Positions 1 through 8,123 of a DNA stretch of 25,023 bases are shown piece after piece. The notes beneath the pieces are model-generated. The model did not search any database. It was given only the letters and a program-made list of their open reading frames with translations, and was not told the origin of the DNA. The stretch lies in assembly GCA_046597055.1 (NCBI GenBank), contig JBKJLC010000286.1, forward strand, positions 1-25,023, given 5' to 3'. The first letter of the stretch is position 1; the number at the start of each line of letters is the position of its first letter. Origin of the DNA: Kofleriaceae bacterium. GTDB taxonomy: Bacteria > Myxococcota_A > Polyangia > Haliangiales > Haliangiaceae. A program made the translations under genes and the position numbers.

Positions 1-548
1 GCGCTGTGGTTCGCGATCTGCTCGACCAGCACGCTCTTGCCGCAGCCGGCGCCGGCGAAGATGCCGACCCGTTGACCGCGGCCACACGGCAGCAGGCCAT
101 CGATCACGCGCACGCCGGTGGCGAACCGCGAATCGACCTGGGCCCGCTCCGCGATCGGCAGCGGCAGGCCCTCGACCGGCACCCGGTCGAGCACGACCGG
201 CCGCGGTCCGCCATCGATGGGCTCGCCGAACGGGTCGATGAAGCGGCCGAGCAGACCGTCGCCGACCGCGACCTGCGAGCGCGCGCCGCTGCGCCACACC
301 GGCGCGCCCGGCGTGATCGCGCGGGCTGGCCCCAGCGGCACCGCCAGCAGATCGTCGCCGCGGAAGCCGACGACCTCGCACGGCAGCGGCGCGCCGGCCG
401 CCTCGATGTCGAGCACGTCGCCGATCTTCACGGCGAAGCCGGTGATGCGGACGACCAGGCCGCTGACCTCGATCACCCGACCGCCGACGACGGGCCCGCC
501 GTGCTGCCGGACCAGCTTGCCGAAGCGGGTGGCGAGCTCAGCCTTCAT
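1..548 (-). CDS. fliI: Flagellar export ATPase FliI, N-terminal part (runs off the left window edge)
   Basis: Not in the ORF track; hand translation from ATG at 548: MKAELATRFGKL...GRVIEVSGLVVRITG...CEVVGFRGDDLLAVPLG...VGDGLLGRFIDPFGEPIDG...TGVRVIDGLLPCGRGQRVGIFAGAGCGKSVL (Walker A). Follows fliH with an 11-nt overlap. Confidence 0.95.
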   Translation of the reverse strand, partial: MKAELATRFGKLVRQHGGPVVGGRVIEVSGLVVRITGFAVKIGDVLDIEAAGAPLPCEVVGFRGDDLLAVPLGPARAITPGAPVWRSGARSQVAVGDGLLGRFIDPFGEPIDGGPRPVVLDRVPVEGLPLPIAERAQVDSRFATGVRVIDGLLPCGRGQRVGIFAGAGCGKSVLVEQIANHS

Positions 549-1245
549 CGGCGACCTCGTCGGTGAGCGCGACCGTGGTCGGGGCCAGCGTCGGCTCGAC
601 GACCCGCACCAGCGCCAAGAGCGGCTCGCGCAGCGCGGCCAGGCGCGTGGCCCAGCGGCCATCGACCACCAGCCGCGGCGCCTCGACCCACACCTCGCCG
701 GGCGCCAGGTCGTCGTTGATCTGGCAGGTGATCCCGGGCGGGAGCTGACCGCCGAGGACGGCGGCATCGTCGGTGCGCAGCTGCAGCACGGCGTCGGGCG
801 AGCCGGCCATGCCGAGCGCGGACCGGACCACGGCCAGCAGCCCGCCGGCGTCGATCGCGGCCACCGCCGGGGCCAGCTCGGCGCACACGCTGAGGGCGAC
901 GTCGACGATGGTCTGGGTGAGCGCCTCCGCGCGGGCCTGGCGGGCGACGTCGAGCGCGGCGAGCGCGGCAGTCATGCGGGCGCGGAGAACCTCGAGGTCG
1001 GCCAGGCCGCGGGCGCGGTCGGCGGCCACCGCGGCGAGCTGGGCAGCGTGGAGCTCGCCGCAGCGAGCGCAGGCGCCGGTGGCGGGGCCGCTCTCGCCCG
1101 CGGCGCCGCCCTCGCCCACGGCGCCGCGCTGGAGCCACGCCCCGGGCGCCGCCGTGGTGGCGGTCCGGCGCAGGCCGTCGGCCAGCGGCCGCGCCGGTGC
1201 CGCAGTCCCGCGCAGCCACGGCGTGACGGGATCGCGGCGGCTCAC
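538..1245 (-). CDS. fliH: Flagellar assembly protein FliH (divergent)
   Basis: Lies between fliG and fliI. The C-terminal half has the FliH/SctL pattern (IVDVALSVCAEL...LLAVVRSAL...VLQLRTDD...DDLAPGEVWVEAPRLVVDGRWATRL). GTGA overlap with the fliG stop. Confidence 0.8.
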   Translation of the reverse strand: MSRRDPVTPWLRGTAAPARPLADGLRRTATTAAPGAWLQRGAVGEGGAAGESGPATGACARCGELHAAQLAAVAADRARGLADLEVLRARMTAALAALDVARQARAEALTQTIVDVALSVCAELAPAVAAIDAGGLLAVVRSALGMAGSPDAVLQLRTDDAAVLGGQLPPGITCQINDDLAPGEVWVEAPRLVVDGRWATRLAALREPLLALVRVVEPTLAPTTVALTDEVADEG

Positions 1246-2273
1246 GCTTCGCTCCCGCGCGGCGGCAGCTGCAGGCTGCCTTCGGCGGCGAGCCGCATCG
1301 CGGTCTCGATGATGTCGCGCTGGGCGGCCTCGACCTCCGACACCCGACGCGGCGACATCGCGGCCAGGTCCTCGCGCAGCGTCTGGGCCGCGCGCTGGGC
1401 CAGCGCCGAGAAGAAGTGCTCGCGGAGCGTGTCGCCGGCGGTCTGCAGCGCGACGACCATCGTCTCGCTGGGGACCACCCGCAAGAGCGGCGCCAGCGCG
1501 CGGCTGGTGATCCGCAGCAGGTCCTCGAAGGTGAACATCGCCTCGCGCACGCGGGCCGCCGCCTGCGCGTCGGCCTCGCCGACGCGGCCGAGCAGGGCAT
1601 CACCCTCGTCGCTCGGCATCTCGTTGATGATGGCGGCGGCAAACGCCAGGCCATCGAAGTCGGTCCGGCGGTCGGACGTCGCCAGGCCGCCGGTCGACGC
1701 CAGCGCGCGGACCAGCGCCTCCGAGGCCTCGAGCACCGCGCGATCGGGGATCTCGGCCAGATCGGACAGCCGGGCGGTCAGGTCGGCCGCTATCGCCGGC
1801 GTCAACGCCGCCAGGACCTTGGCCGCGGTCGCCGCGGGCAACTGGGTCAGCACCACCGCCGCGATCTGCGGATGCTCCTCGGCCAGCAGGTCGGCGAGCG
1901 CCTGGGTCCGCGCGTTGCGCAGCTGCTCGAACGGCACCGGCGACGGCTCCTCGACCGGCGCGAACAGGCGCCGGGCACGGTCCTCACCGAGCGATCGGGT
2001 GGCCAGCTGGCGGACGTAGGCGCTACCGCCGCTGCGCGAGACCGACACCGGACCGGCCAGGGCGCGCTCGAGATCCTCGAGGACGGCGACCAGACTCTCG
2101 GTCGGGATCATGTCGAGCTCCTCGACCGCCGACGACAGGGCGCGCAGCTCGGCATCGCCGAGGTGCGCGAGCAGCTCACCCGCCAGGTCTTCCTCGAGCA
2201 CCAGCACCGCGATCGCGGCCTTGTGACGAGCGCCGATCGGCGTGCCCATGCGGGTCGTCATGGGAGTGCTCAT
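1242..2273 (-). CDS. fliG: Flagellar motor switch protein FliG
   Basis: Motifs KAAIAVL, EHPQIAAVVL and MFTFEDL, plus the C-terminal torque helix region (QRAAQTLREDL...PRRVSEVEAAQ). ATGA overlap with the fliF stop. Confidence 0.96.
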   Translation of the reverse strand: MSTPMTTRMGTPIGARHKAAIAVLVLEEDLAGELLAHLGDAELRALSSAVEELDMIPTESLVAVLEDLERALAGPVSVSRSGGSAYVRQLATRSLGEDRARRLFAPVEEPSPVPFEQLRNARTQALADLLAEEHPQIAAVVLTQLPAATAAKVLAALTPAIAADLTARLSDLAEIPDRAVLEASEALVRALASTGGLATSDRRTDFDGLAFAAAIINEMPSDEGDALLGRVGEADAQAAARVREAMFTFEDLLRITSRALAPLLRVVPSETMVVALQTAGDTLREHFFSALAQRAAQTLREDLAAMSPRRVSEVEAAQRDIIETAMRLAAEGSLQLPPRGSEA

Positions 2274-3868
2274 GGCTTGGTCACTTTCGGATCAGGTTCG
2301 TTGAGCCACGACGCCAGCACGCGCGCGGTGCGTGGGACGTCGCTGCGCACGGCCGTGATCACGCGCTCCTCGAGCGAGCGGCCGGGGGCGGCGCTCAGCT
2401 TGGAGACGGTGGGGCCGACGCCGGTGGCGAGCGCGCGCTCGACGTCGCCCAGCGGCGCCGGCAGGGCGATGATCGACCCGCTGTTCGGGCGGCCCCGGCG
2501 GCGCAGGAGCATGAACCCAAGCGCGGCGACGACCAGGACCCCGGCGCCGATCCCGACCATCAGCGGCAACGGCAGCGGCAACGGCAGCGCCGAGCTCGGG
2601 GTGGGGGCGGCGGCGGCCGGCTCGCTCGCCTCGTCGGGCGCGAACGGAATGGACCGGATCTCGAGGACGTCGCCGCGGGTCGGGTCGAGGCCGGCGGCCT
2701 GACGGGCCAGGACCTCGAGCTCCTTCAGCTGCTCGGCTGGCAACGGCTTGCCGTCGCCGCCGGTCGCCTTTGAGTCGACCAGGATGGCGAGGTGCAGGCG
2801 CGCGACCCGCGCCGCCGGCTCGTCGATCTGGCGGGTGGTGCGGGTCACCTCGAAGTTGCGGGTCTCGCTCACCGCGCCGGTCGGGGCGGCGCCCGGCGCC
2901 GGGCCGGTGGTCGCGGTGGCGCCCGGCAGGTTGCCCTTGACCCCGGCGATGCCGCTGGCGACGACCCCACTGGGCGTGGCCGGCGTGCCGACCAGGGTCT
3001 CGCTGCGCACCGCCGAGCGGTCCTTGTCGAAGATCTCCTCGGACTGGCTGACCCGGCGCAGATCCATCTGGGCGGTGACCACCACGGCGACCCGGCCCGG
3101 GCCCACCACGCGCTCGAGCATCGTGCGCACCCGGGTCGCGATCGAGCGCTCGACGTCGGCGCCCTCCGCGCCGGGTCGAACCGAGTCGGCCGACAGGACG
3201 TCGCCGTGCTGGTCGACGATGACCACGCCACTGACGTTGAGGCCATCGACCGACGCTGCCACCAGCTGCTTGATGCCGAGCACCTGCTCACCGGTGAGCC
3301 GCTGGCCGGCCCGCACGCGCAGCGCGACCGACGCCGACGGCGGCTCGTCGGCATCCTTGAACACCGACCGTTTGCCCAGGGCGATGTGGACGCGGGCGCC
3401 CTCGACCGGCGCCAGCGCCGTGATGCTGCGCGACAGCTCGCCCTGCAGCGCGCGGCGATACTTGACCTGCTCCGCGAAGCTGGTCTGCCCGAGCGATGCG
3501 CCCTCGAACAGCTCGAAGCCGACGCCGCCGCGGGGCAGGCCGGCGCCGGTCGCGGCCACCCGGGCCTCGGCGAGGCGCTCGGTCGGGACCTCGACCGACT
3601 GGCCGCCCTCCGGGATCCGGGTCGCGATGCCGCGGCTCTCGAGCAGCGCGGCGAGCTCGCTGGTGTCCTCGGGCGACATCCGCTGAGCGACCGGCTTCCA
3701 GCCCGACTCGGGGGTGCGCAGCGACGTCCATGCCACCGCGCCCAGGATCACCACGACGATCGCGATGGCGCCCACGCGCGCGCCCTTGGGCAGCCGGCCC
3801 CAGAGGGCCTGGGCCTGGCCGGTCATGGCGGCGGCAGCGCCGGTCGAGGGTTGGTTGGAGTCAGCCAC
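2270..3868 (-). CDS. fliF: Flagellar MS-ring protein FliF
   Basis: N-terminal TM; GFELF...GQTSFAEQVKYRRALQGELSRSI; ARVHIA; PSASV; LVAASVDGL; second TM; C-terminal helix ending VLASWL. 532 aa. Confidence 0.96.
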   Translation of the reverse strand: MADSNQPSTGAAAAMTGQAQALWGRLPKGARVGAIAIVVVILGAVAWTSLRTPESGWKPVAQRMSPEDTSELAALLESRGIATRIPEGGQSVEVPTERLAEARVAATGAGLPRGGVGFELFEGASLGQTSFAEQVKYRRALQGELSRSITALAPVEGARVHIALGKRSVFKDADEPPSASVALRVRAGQRLTGEQVLGIKQLVAASVDGLNVSGVVIVDQHGDVLSADSVRPGAEGADVERSIATRVRTMLERVVGPGRVAVVVTAQMDLRRVSQSEEIFDKDRSAVRSETLVGTPATPSGVVASGIAGVKGNLPGATATTGPAPGAAPTGAVSETRNFEVTRTTRQIDEPAARVARLHLAILVDSKATGGDGKPLPAEQLKELEVLARQAAGLDPTRGDVLEIRSIPFAPDEASEPAAAAPTPSSALPLPLPLPLMVGIGAGVLVVAALGFMLLRRRGRPNSGSIIALPAPLGDVERALATGVGPTVSKLSAAPGRSLEERVITAVRSDVPRTARVLASWLNEPDPKVTKP

Positions 3869-3888
3869 GAGGGTTCAGGAGGTCGCGA

Positions 3889-4200
3889 TCAGACCGCGGT
3901 GTTCATCAGCTCGCGGTAGGACTCGAGCAGCTTGTTCTTGAGCGTGGTCGCGTAGCGGACCGAGACGCTGGCCTTCTCGGATGCGATCATGACCTCGTGG
4001 ATGCCGATCGAGGGGTCCCCGGCGGCGAAGCCGCTGGACGCCTCGACCGCCTTGCGCTCCTCGGTGCGAGCCTGGCCGATCGCGTCGGTGAGCACCTGCG
4101 CGAAGTCGCCGCCGGCCGCGACCTTGCCGGCCGGCGCGGCGCGCTCGAACTTCGGGAGCTCGACCGCGCCAATCGCGGGCGTGCCGGTGGAGCTGATCAT
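3889..4200 (-). CDS. fliE: Flagellar hook-basal body protein FliE (103 aa; start re-called at 4200)
   Basis: FAQVLTDAI...IHEVMIASEKASVSVRYATTLKNKLLESYRELMN matches FliE. The ATG at 4200 overlaps the flgC stop (ATGA). The longer 3889..5058 track ORF is a read-through artefact. Confidence 0.93.
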   Translation of the reverse strand: MISSTGTPAIGAVELPKFERAAPAGKVAAGGDFAQVLTDAIGQARTEERKAVEASSGFAAGDPSIGIHEVMIASEKASVSVRYATTLKNKLLESYRELMNTAV

Positions 4201-4607
4201 CGGCCGATCCCGAGCGCGCGCTCTGCCATCGAGACGGCGGTGGACAGCGCGGTGACGCCCGCTTCGTACGCGCGCGATGCGGTGATCATGTCGACCATCT
4301 CCTCGACCGGGTTGATGTTCGGATACGCGACATAGCCACGGGCGTCGGCGTCGGGATGCCCCGGATCGTGCTCGAGCCGCGGCGGCAGGTTGTCCTGGGT
4401 GATCTGGCGGACGGCGACGCCGCTCACGCCGGCGCTGGCGCCGGGCACCGGGACCGACTCGAGCACGACGTCCTTGCGCTTGTACGCGCCGCCGCCATCG
4501 GCCCGCGTGGTCGACGCGTTGGCCAGGTTCGACGCGGCCACGTTCATGCGGGTGCGCTCGACCGACAGGCCGGATGCGCTCACTTCCATCGAGGTGAAGA
4601 AGTCCAT
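4197..4607 (-). CDS. flgC: Flagellar basal-body rod protein FlgC
   Basis: SASGLSVERTRMNVAASNLANA, DPGHPDAD, YPNINPVEEMVDMITASRAYEA. GGAG 6 nt upstream of the ATG. Confidence 0.98.
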   Translation of the reverse strand: MDFFTSMEVSASGLSVERTRMNVAASNLANASTTRADGGGAYKRKDVVLESVPVPGASAGVSGVAVRQITQDNLPPRLEHDPGHPDADARGYVAYPNINPVEEMVDMITASRAYEAGVTALSTAVSMAERALGIGR

Positions 4608-4619
4608 GGGGGGCTCCGA

Positions 4620-5000
4620 TCAGGGGTTGCCGTCGCCAGCCGCGTAGCGCAGCAGCGCGAGTCGTCGTGACACCAGCTCCGCCGAGGCGTTGTAGCGGAC
4701 GCGGTTGGCGTCGATCTTGGCCAGCTCGCGCTCGAGCGCGACGGCGTTGCCGTCGGGACCCACCAGCTGGCCGCCGTCGTCGATCACCTGCCCGTGACCG
4801 GGGGTGCCACTGGCGGTGAGGTGGCGCGGATCGGTGCGGGCCAGGGTGCCCGCCTCGGCGCCGACCACGCGCTGGAGGTCGGCCGGCCGGTAGCCAGGGG
4901 TGTCCTGGTTGGCCACGTTTCCCGCCAGCACGGTGTGGCGTTCGCGATGGAACGACATCGCCCCACCGAGCTGATTGATGCCGTCGTAGATGCCGCTCAC
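4620..5000 (-). CDS. flgB: Flagellar basal-body rod protein FlgB
   Basis: RHTVLAGNVANQDTPGYRPADL and DGNAVALERE...N.VRY motifs; directly upstream of flgC. Confidence 0.96.
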   Translation of the reverse strand: MSGIYDGINQLGGAMSFHRERHTVLAGNVANQDTPGYRPADLQRVVGAEAGTLARTDPRHLTASGTPGHGQVIDDGGQLVGPDGNAVALERELAKIDANRVRYNASAELVSRRLALLRYAAGDGNP

Positions 5001-5013
5001 GTCGGCCCTGATG

Positions 5014-5029
5014 TGCAGGTCGCATGCCG
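5014..5029 (-). promoter_or_regulatory. Sigma54 (-24/-12) promoter of the flgB operon
   Basis: Minus strand CGGCATG-CGAC-CTGCA (GG-N10-GC; consensus TGGCACG-N4-TTGCW), followed by 14 nt and the flgB GTG. Confidence 0.7.
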
Positions 5030-5124
5030 CTCGCGGGCGGCATGCAAGTCGGCGCCACGGTTAAGCTTCGTCCAAGCCGCCGCCGGCACCGTCGGCGAGG
5101 TTGACGCTGCGCCGATGGCGGGGC

Positions 5125-5652
5125 TCATCGCGGGTCCTGGGTGAACGGCCACGGGAACCATTCGTGGCGTAGCGGCGGTGCGCTGACCCCATCGACGGAG
5201 GCGTCGACCGGCGCGTCGACGGAGGCGTCGATCGGCCCGTCGACCGGTGCCGCGTCGGTGCCGGCGTCGGCCGCGCCAGCATCGGGCTCGCCCGCGTCAG
5301 CACTCCCCGCATCGACGGGCTCGGCCGCGTCAGGAGCTCCCGCGTCAGCCGTGCCCGCATCACCGGGGTCGGCGTCGTCGGCGGCATCGGCCACGCCGGC
5401 GTCCGCCTCGCCCGCGTCGGCCGCGTCGGCGTCCCCCGCGCCCGCGTCGCCGTCATCGCCGGCATCCTGATCGTCGTCGGGGCCCTCGCCGGGTCGCGTA
5501 CACACGCCGCTCGACGCACAGGTCTCACCCATCTCGCAGTCGCTGTGGCGCACGCACAGCGGCTCGCCGCACGCGGCCGTGATCGCGATCAGCGCGACCG
5601 CGGCCGCGGCGACAACCGCGCGCAGGTGACGGCCCGGACGATCAGAACGCAT
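5125..5652 (-). CDS. Putative lipoprotein with a C-x5-C-x5-C-x5-C module and Asp-Ala-Gly repeats
   Basis: Basic N-terminus, hydrophobic stretch, lipobox-like TAAC-G, then CVRHSDCEMGETCASSGVC and about 95 aa of DAG/DAxx repeats. 11-nt overlap with the upstream gene. Confidence 0.75.
   Translation of the reverse strand: MRSDRPGRHLRAVVAAAAVALIAITAACGEPLCVRHSDCEMGETCASSGVCTRPGEGPDDDQDAGDDGDAGAGDADAADAGEADAGVADAADDADPGDAGTADAGAPDAAEPVDAGSADAGEPDAGAADAGTDAAPVDGPIDASVDAPVDASVDGVSAPPLRHEWFPWPFTQDPR
5190..5470 (-). repeat. Degenerate coding repeat (12-18 nt units encoding DAGxx/DAxx)
   Basis: Protein reads DAGAG-DADAA-DAGEA-DAGVA...DAGSA-DAGEP-DAGAA-DAGT...DASV-DAPV-DASV. Boundaries approximate. Confidence 0.7.
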
Positions 5653-6163
5653 CGACCACCATCCCGAGGCCGAACAGCCCCTGCACCGAGGCCGCGTCGT
5701 CGGGCAGATCCGTGCCCGCCACGAAGACGTCGATCGTCAGGTCGGCGCACATGCGCAGGCCGTCCATGGCCGCGCACACACCCCCTCCGAACGAAGGACC
5801 GTAGAGCGTGTAGGGCTGGGCGATCGCCTTGACGCCGCCGTGCAACCGCGCGTGCCGGCCGGGGGTGAGCATCAGCCCGGCTTCGAGGCCGGCGCCGGTT
5901 CGATCCAGCGTCTCGATCACCAGGCCGGCGTAGGCGGCCGTGCGCGGCTCGTCGCGGATCGCCCACGCGCCCAGCGCCGACAGCGTCAGCGGGCTTGGCC
6001 GCATGGTTGCCCGTCCAGAACCGCCGCCAGCGGCCATCCCGTAGGCGGCGCGGACCTCGAGCGACAGCAGCGGTTCGGCGGTGGCGGGGCTCGCGAGCGC
6101 CACCCCCAGCAACAAAGCAGCGACTCTGGCGGTGCGCACGACCGTGGCGGTTGCAACCGCCAC
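5642..6163 (-). CDS. Hypothetical secreted protein, possible small outer-membrane beta-barrel
   Basis: Signal-peptide-like N-terminus (…LLLGVALASPATA-EP), alternating hydrophobic strands, C-terminal Phe (GLFGLGMVVDAF). 15 nt downstream of motB. Start codon uncertain. Confidence 0.6.
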   Translation of the reverse strand: MAVATATVVRTARVAALLLGVALASPATAEPLLSLEVRAAYGMAAGGGSGRATMRPSPLTLSALGAWAIRDEPRTAAYAGLVIETLDRTGAGLEAGLMLTPGRHARLHGGVKAIAQPYTLYGPSFGGGVCAAMDGLRMCADLTIDVFVAGTDLPDDAASVQGLFGLGMVVDAF

Positions 6164-6178
6164 GCCAGCGCGGACTCG

Positions 6179-7219
6179 TCAGGGATTACGGACTTGCGGC
6201 GCCGGCGCGTCGGGCGCGGCGCCAGCCCTGGCGATCTCCGTGGGGCCGGGCCGACTCGACGGGACCGGCGGCGCGACCGCCGCGACCGGGGCGGGCACGG
6301 GGACCGCCGCCGTCGATAGCACCGGGGTCGGCGACGGCTCCACCGCGGGCGACGGCGTCGGCTCCGGCGATGGCGCGGTCACAAGCGCCGCGTGGGAGGA
6401 CGGCACCGGCGCCGCCGTCGGGACCGGGGCCGCCGTCAGCTTCGGCCGGGGCGGATTGCGGAGCAGGATCGACAGACGACGGTTGCTCGCCGCGAACGGG
6501 TCGGATGGGACCAGCGGGATCGCCGAGCCCCGCCCGATCACGCCGATGATCTGCTCGGTGGCCAGGCCGTTGGCCTCGAGAATCTTGCGGGCCGCGGCGG
6601 CCCGTTCGTACGACAGCTCCCAGTTGGTCGTGCGCGCCCGGGCCACGAACGGCCGGCGATCGGTGTGACCTTGGATCTCGAGGGGGAACTCGCGACGCTC
6701 GGACAGCACCGGCGCCAGGTTGGCCAGGAAGGCCACCAGCGGCGCCTTGAGCTGCGACGAGGCGGTGTCGAACAGCAGCCCCTCGCCGTCCTCGTCGACG
6801 ATCTCGATCAAGACGCCCTCTTCGACCACGACGACGTGGACCTGGGAGGTGAGGCCGGCCAGCTCGGCGTGGCGCTCGGCGACCCTCTGGACCGCGGCGC
6901 GCAGCTCGGTGGCGGTGTCGTTGATCGACTGCTGGTCGGCCGGCGTCGGCATCCCGGTCTGCTCCATGATCGCCGGGATGAGCTGGGCGCCACCGCTCAT
7001 CGCCATCTCCGCGTCGGGCAGGACGCCGGTGCGGAAGTACTTCGAGATCTCTGCGCGCGACTTCTGGTCAGTCGAGGCCAGCAGCCACAGCACCATGAAC
7101 AGGGCCATCATCGCGGTGACGAAGTCGGCGTAGGCGATCTTCCAGGCACCACCGTGGTGACCATGGGCGGCCACCTTCTTGATCACCCGACGGCGGCCGG
7201 GGGCCGGCAGCGGCGGCAA
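6179..7219 (-). CDS. motB: Flagellar stator MotB (OmpA-like peptidoglycan-binding domain, Pro/Ala-rich tail)
   Basis: WKIAYADFVTAMMALFMVLWL containing the ion-binding Asp; GHTD, NWELSYERA, NRRLSI. TTG start 1 nt after the motA stop. Confidence 0.96.
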   Translation of the reverse strand: MPPLPAPGRRRVIKKVAAHGHHGGAWKIAYADFVTAMMALFMVLWLLASTDQKSRAEISKYFRTGVLPDAEMAMSGGAQLIPAIMEQTGMPTPADQQSINDTATELRAAVQRVAERHAELAGLTSQVHVVVVEEGVLIEIVDEDGEGLLFDTASSQLKAPLVAFLANLAPVLSERREFPLEIQGHTDRRPFVARARTTNWELSYERAAAARKILEANGLATEQIIGVIGRGSAIPLVPSDPFAASNRRLSILLRNPPRPKLTAAPVPTAAPVPSSHAALVTAPSPEPTPSPAVEPSPTPVLSTAAVPVPAPVAAVAPPVPSSRPGPTEIARAGAAPDAPAPQVRNP

Positions 7220-7220
7220 C

Positions 7221-8075
7221 TCAGCCCCCCTTCAGGGTCTGGAGGGCCTTCTCGAGCTCCTGGAAGCTGGGGCGCTCGTCGGCGAAGATCATCTTGCGAC
7301 CGAACTCCACCGCGATGACCGGGGCCGCGCCCCGCATCGAGGCGATCACGCCGGCCTTGATCATCTCCATGTAGCGGCGGTGGTGCGCCTCCTGGAGCTC
7401 GACGCTCGCGACCATCGGGGACAGCAGGCCGTACGACAGCAAGATGCCGACGAAGGTGCCGACCAGGGCGGCGCCGATGTGAGCGCCGATGACGGCGGGC
7501 GGGGCATCCATGTGGCTCATCGTGACGATCACGCCGAGCACCGCCGCGACGATGCCGAGGGCGGGCAGGGCGTCGGAAATCTTCTGGAGCAGCCCGGTCG
7601 ACAGGTGGCCGCAGGCCGTGAAGGTGTCGAGCTCGGCGTCGAGCAGCGCCTCGAGGTCGTCGGCGGACACACCGTTGGCCATGTGCTGCAGGGCCTCGGC
7701 CAGGAACACCCGGTAGCCGGCATTCTTGGCGAGCGACGGGTACTTGCTGAACAGGTCGCTCTTGAGGGGCTCGCTGGCGTGAGACTCGAGCGCGAGCACG
7801 CCCTGACGGCGCGCCAGCGTGAACAGCTCGTACTGCAGCTTGAGCGCGTCGAGGTATTCCTGCTTCTTCGGGACGGTGTCCTTGAAGGCGAGCTGGAGGA
7901 CATGCTTGATGCGCGCCTTCATCTGACCCGGCGAGGAGGCCAGCACCGTGCCGAGCGCGGCGCCGCAGATCACGACGAACTCGGCCGGCTGGAGCAGGAT
8001 GCCCACCTTGCCGCCGGCCATCACGAAGCCACCGATGACGGACCCGATGACCACGATCAGTCCGATGAATGTCAT
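7221..8075 (-). CDS. motA: Flagellar stator MotA
   Basis: QPAEFVVICGAALG, ARRQGVLALE (torque Arg/Glu), LPALGIVAAVLG, IGAALVGTFVGILLSYG, AVEFGRK. 284 aa. Confidence 0.97.
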   Translation of the reverse strand: MTFIGLIVVIGSVIGGFVMAGGKVGILLQPAEFVVICGAALGTVLASSPGQMKARIKHVLQLAFKDTVPKKQEYLDALKLQYELFTLARRQGVLALESHASEPLKSDLFSKYPSLAKNAGYRVFLAEALQHMANGVSADDLEALLDAELDTFTACGHLSTGLLQKISDALPALGIVAAVLGVIVTMSHMDAPPAVIGAHIGAALVGTFVGILLSYGLLSPMVASVELQEAHHRRYMEMIKAGVIASMRGAAPVIAVEFGRKMIFADERPSFQELEKALQTLKGG

Positions 8076-8085
8076 GCGGGTGCTC

Positions 8086-8112
8086 GAATCGCCCGGAACG
8101 TCGGGAGGTTGA
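8086..8112 (-). promoter_or_regulatory. Putative sigma28 (FliA) promoter of motAB
   Basis: Minus strand TCAA-N15-GGCGATTC versus consensus TAAA-N15-GCCGATAA; ends 10 nt before the motA ATG, inside the 48-nt flhG-motA gap. Confidence 0.5.
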
Positions 8113-8123
8113 GGGCCCGTGAA

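Noticed and set aside
300..340. Possible frameshift in fliI
   Set aside because: Careful re-translation gives a continuous frame (LLAVPLGPARAITPGAPVW) to the window edge.
6..2702. Long plus-strand ORFs (6..566, 118..2019, 1416..2702) and similar antisense or alternative-frame ORFs throughout, such as 20455..22755 and 20498..22837
   Set aside because: Shadow ORFs of GC-rich genes: Arg/Ala/Pro-rich, no motifs, and fully overlapping well-supported genes.
1..3868. Interpretation as a non-flagellar type III secretion system
   Set aside because: FliF is full length, and flgB, flgC, fliE, motAB, fliL and flgM are flagellum-specific.
3869..3888. ACCTCCT (anti-SD-like sequence) upstream of fliF, with similar CTCC runs before motA and the receiver gene
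   Set aside because: Short, at variable positions, and explainable as pyrimidine-rich spacers; no support for a mechanism.
5043..5057. Second sigma54-like motif TGGCGCCGACTTGCA upstream of flgB
   Set aside because: Spacing is GG-N9-GC, one base short of the strict requirement.
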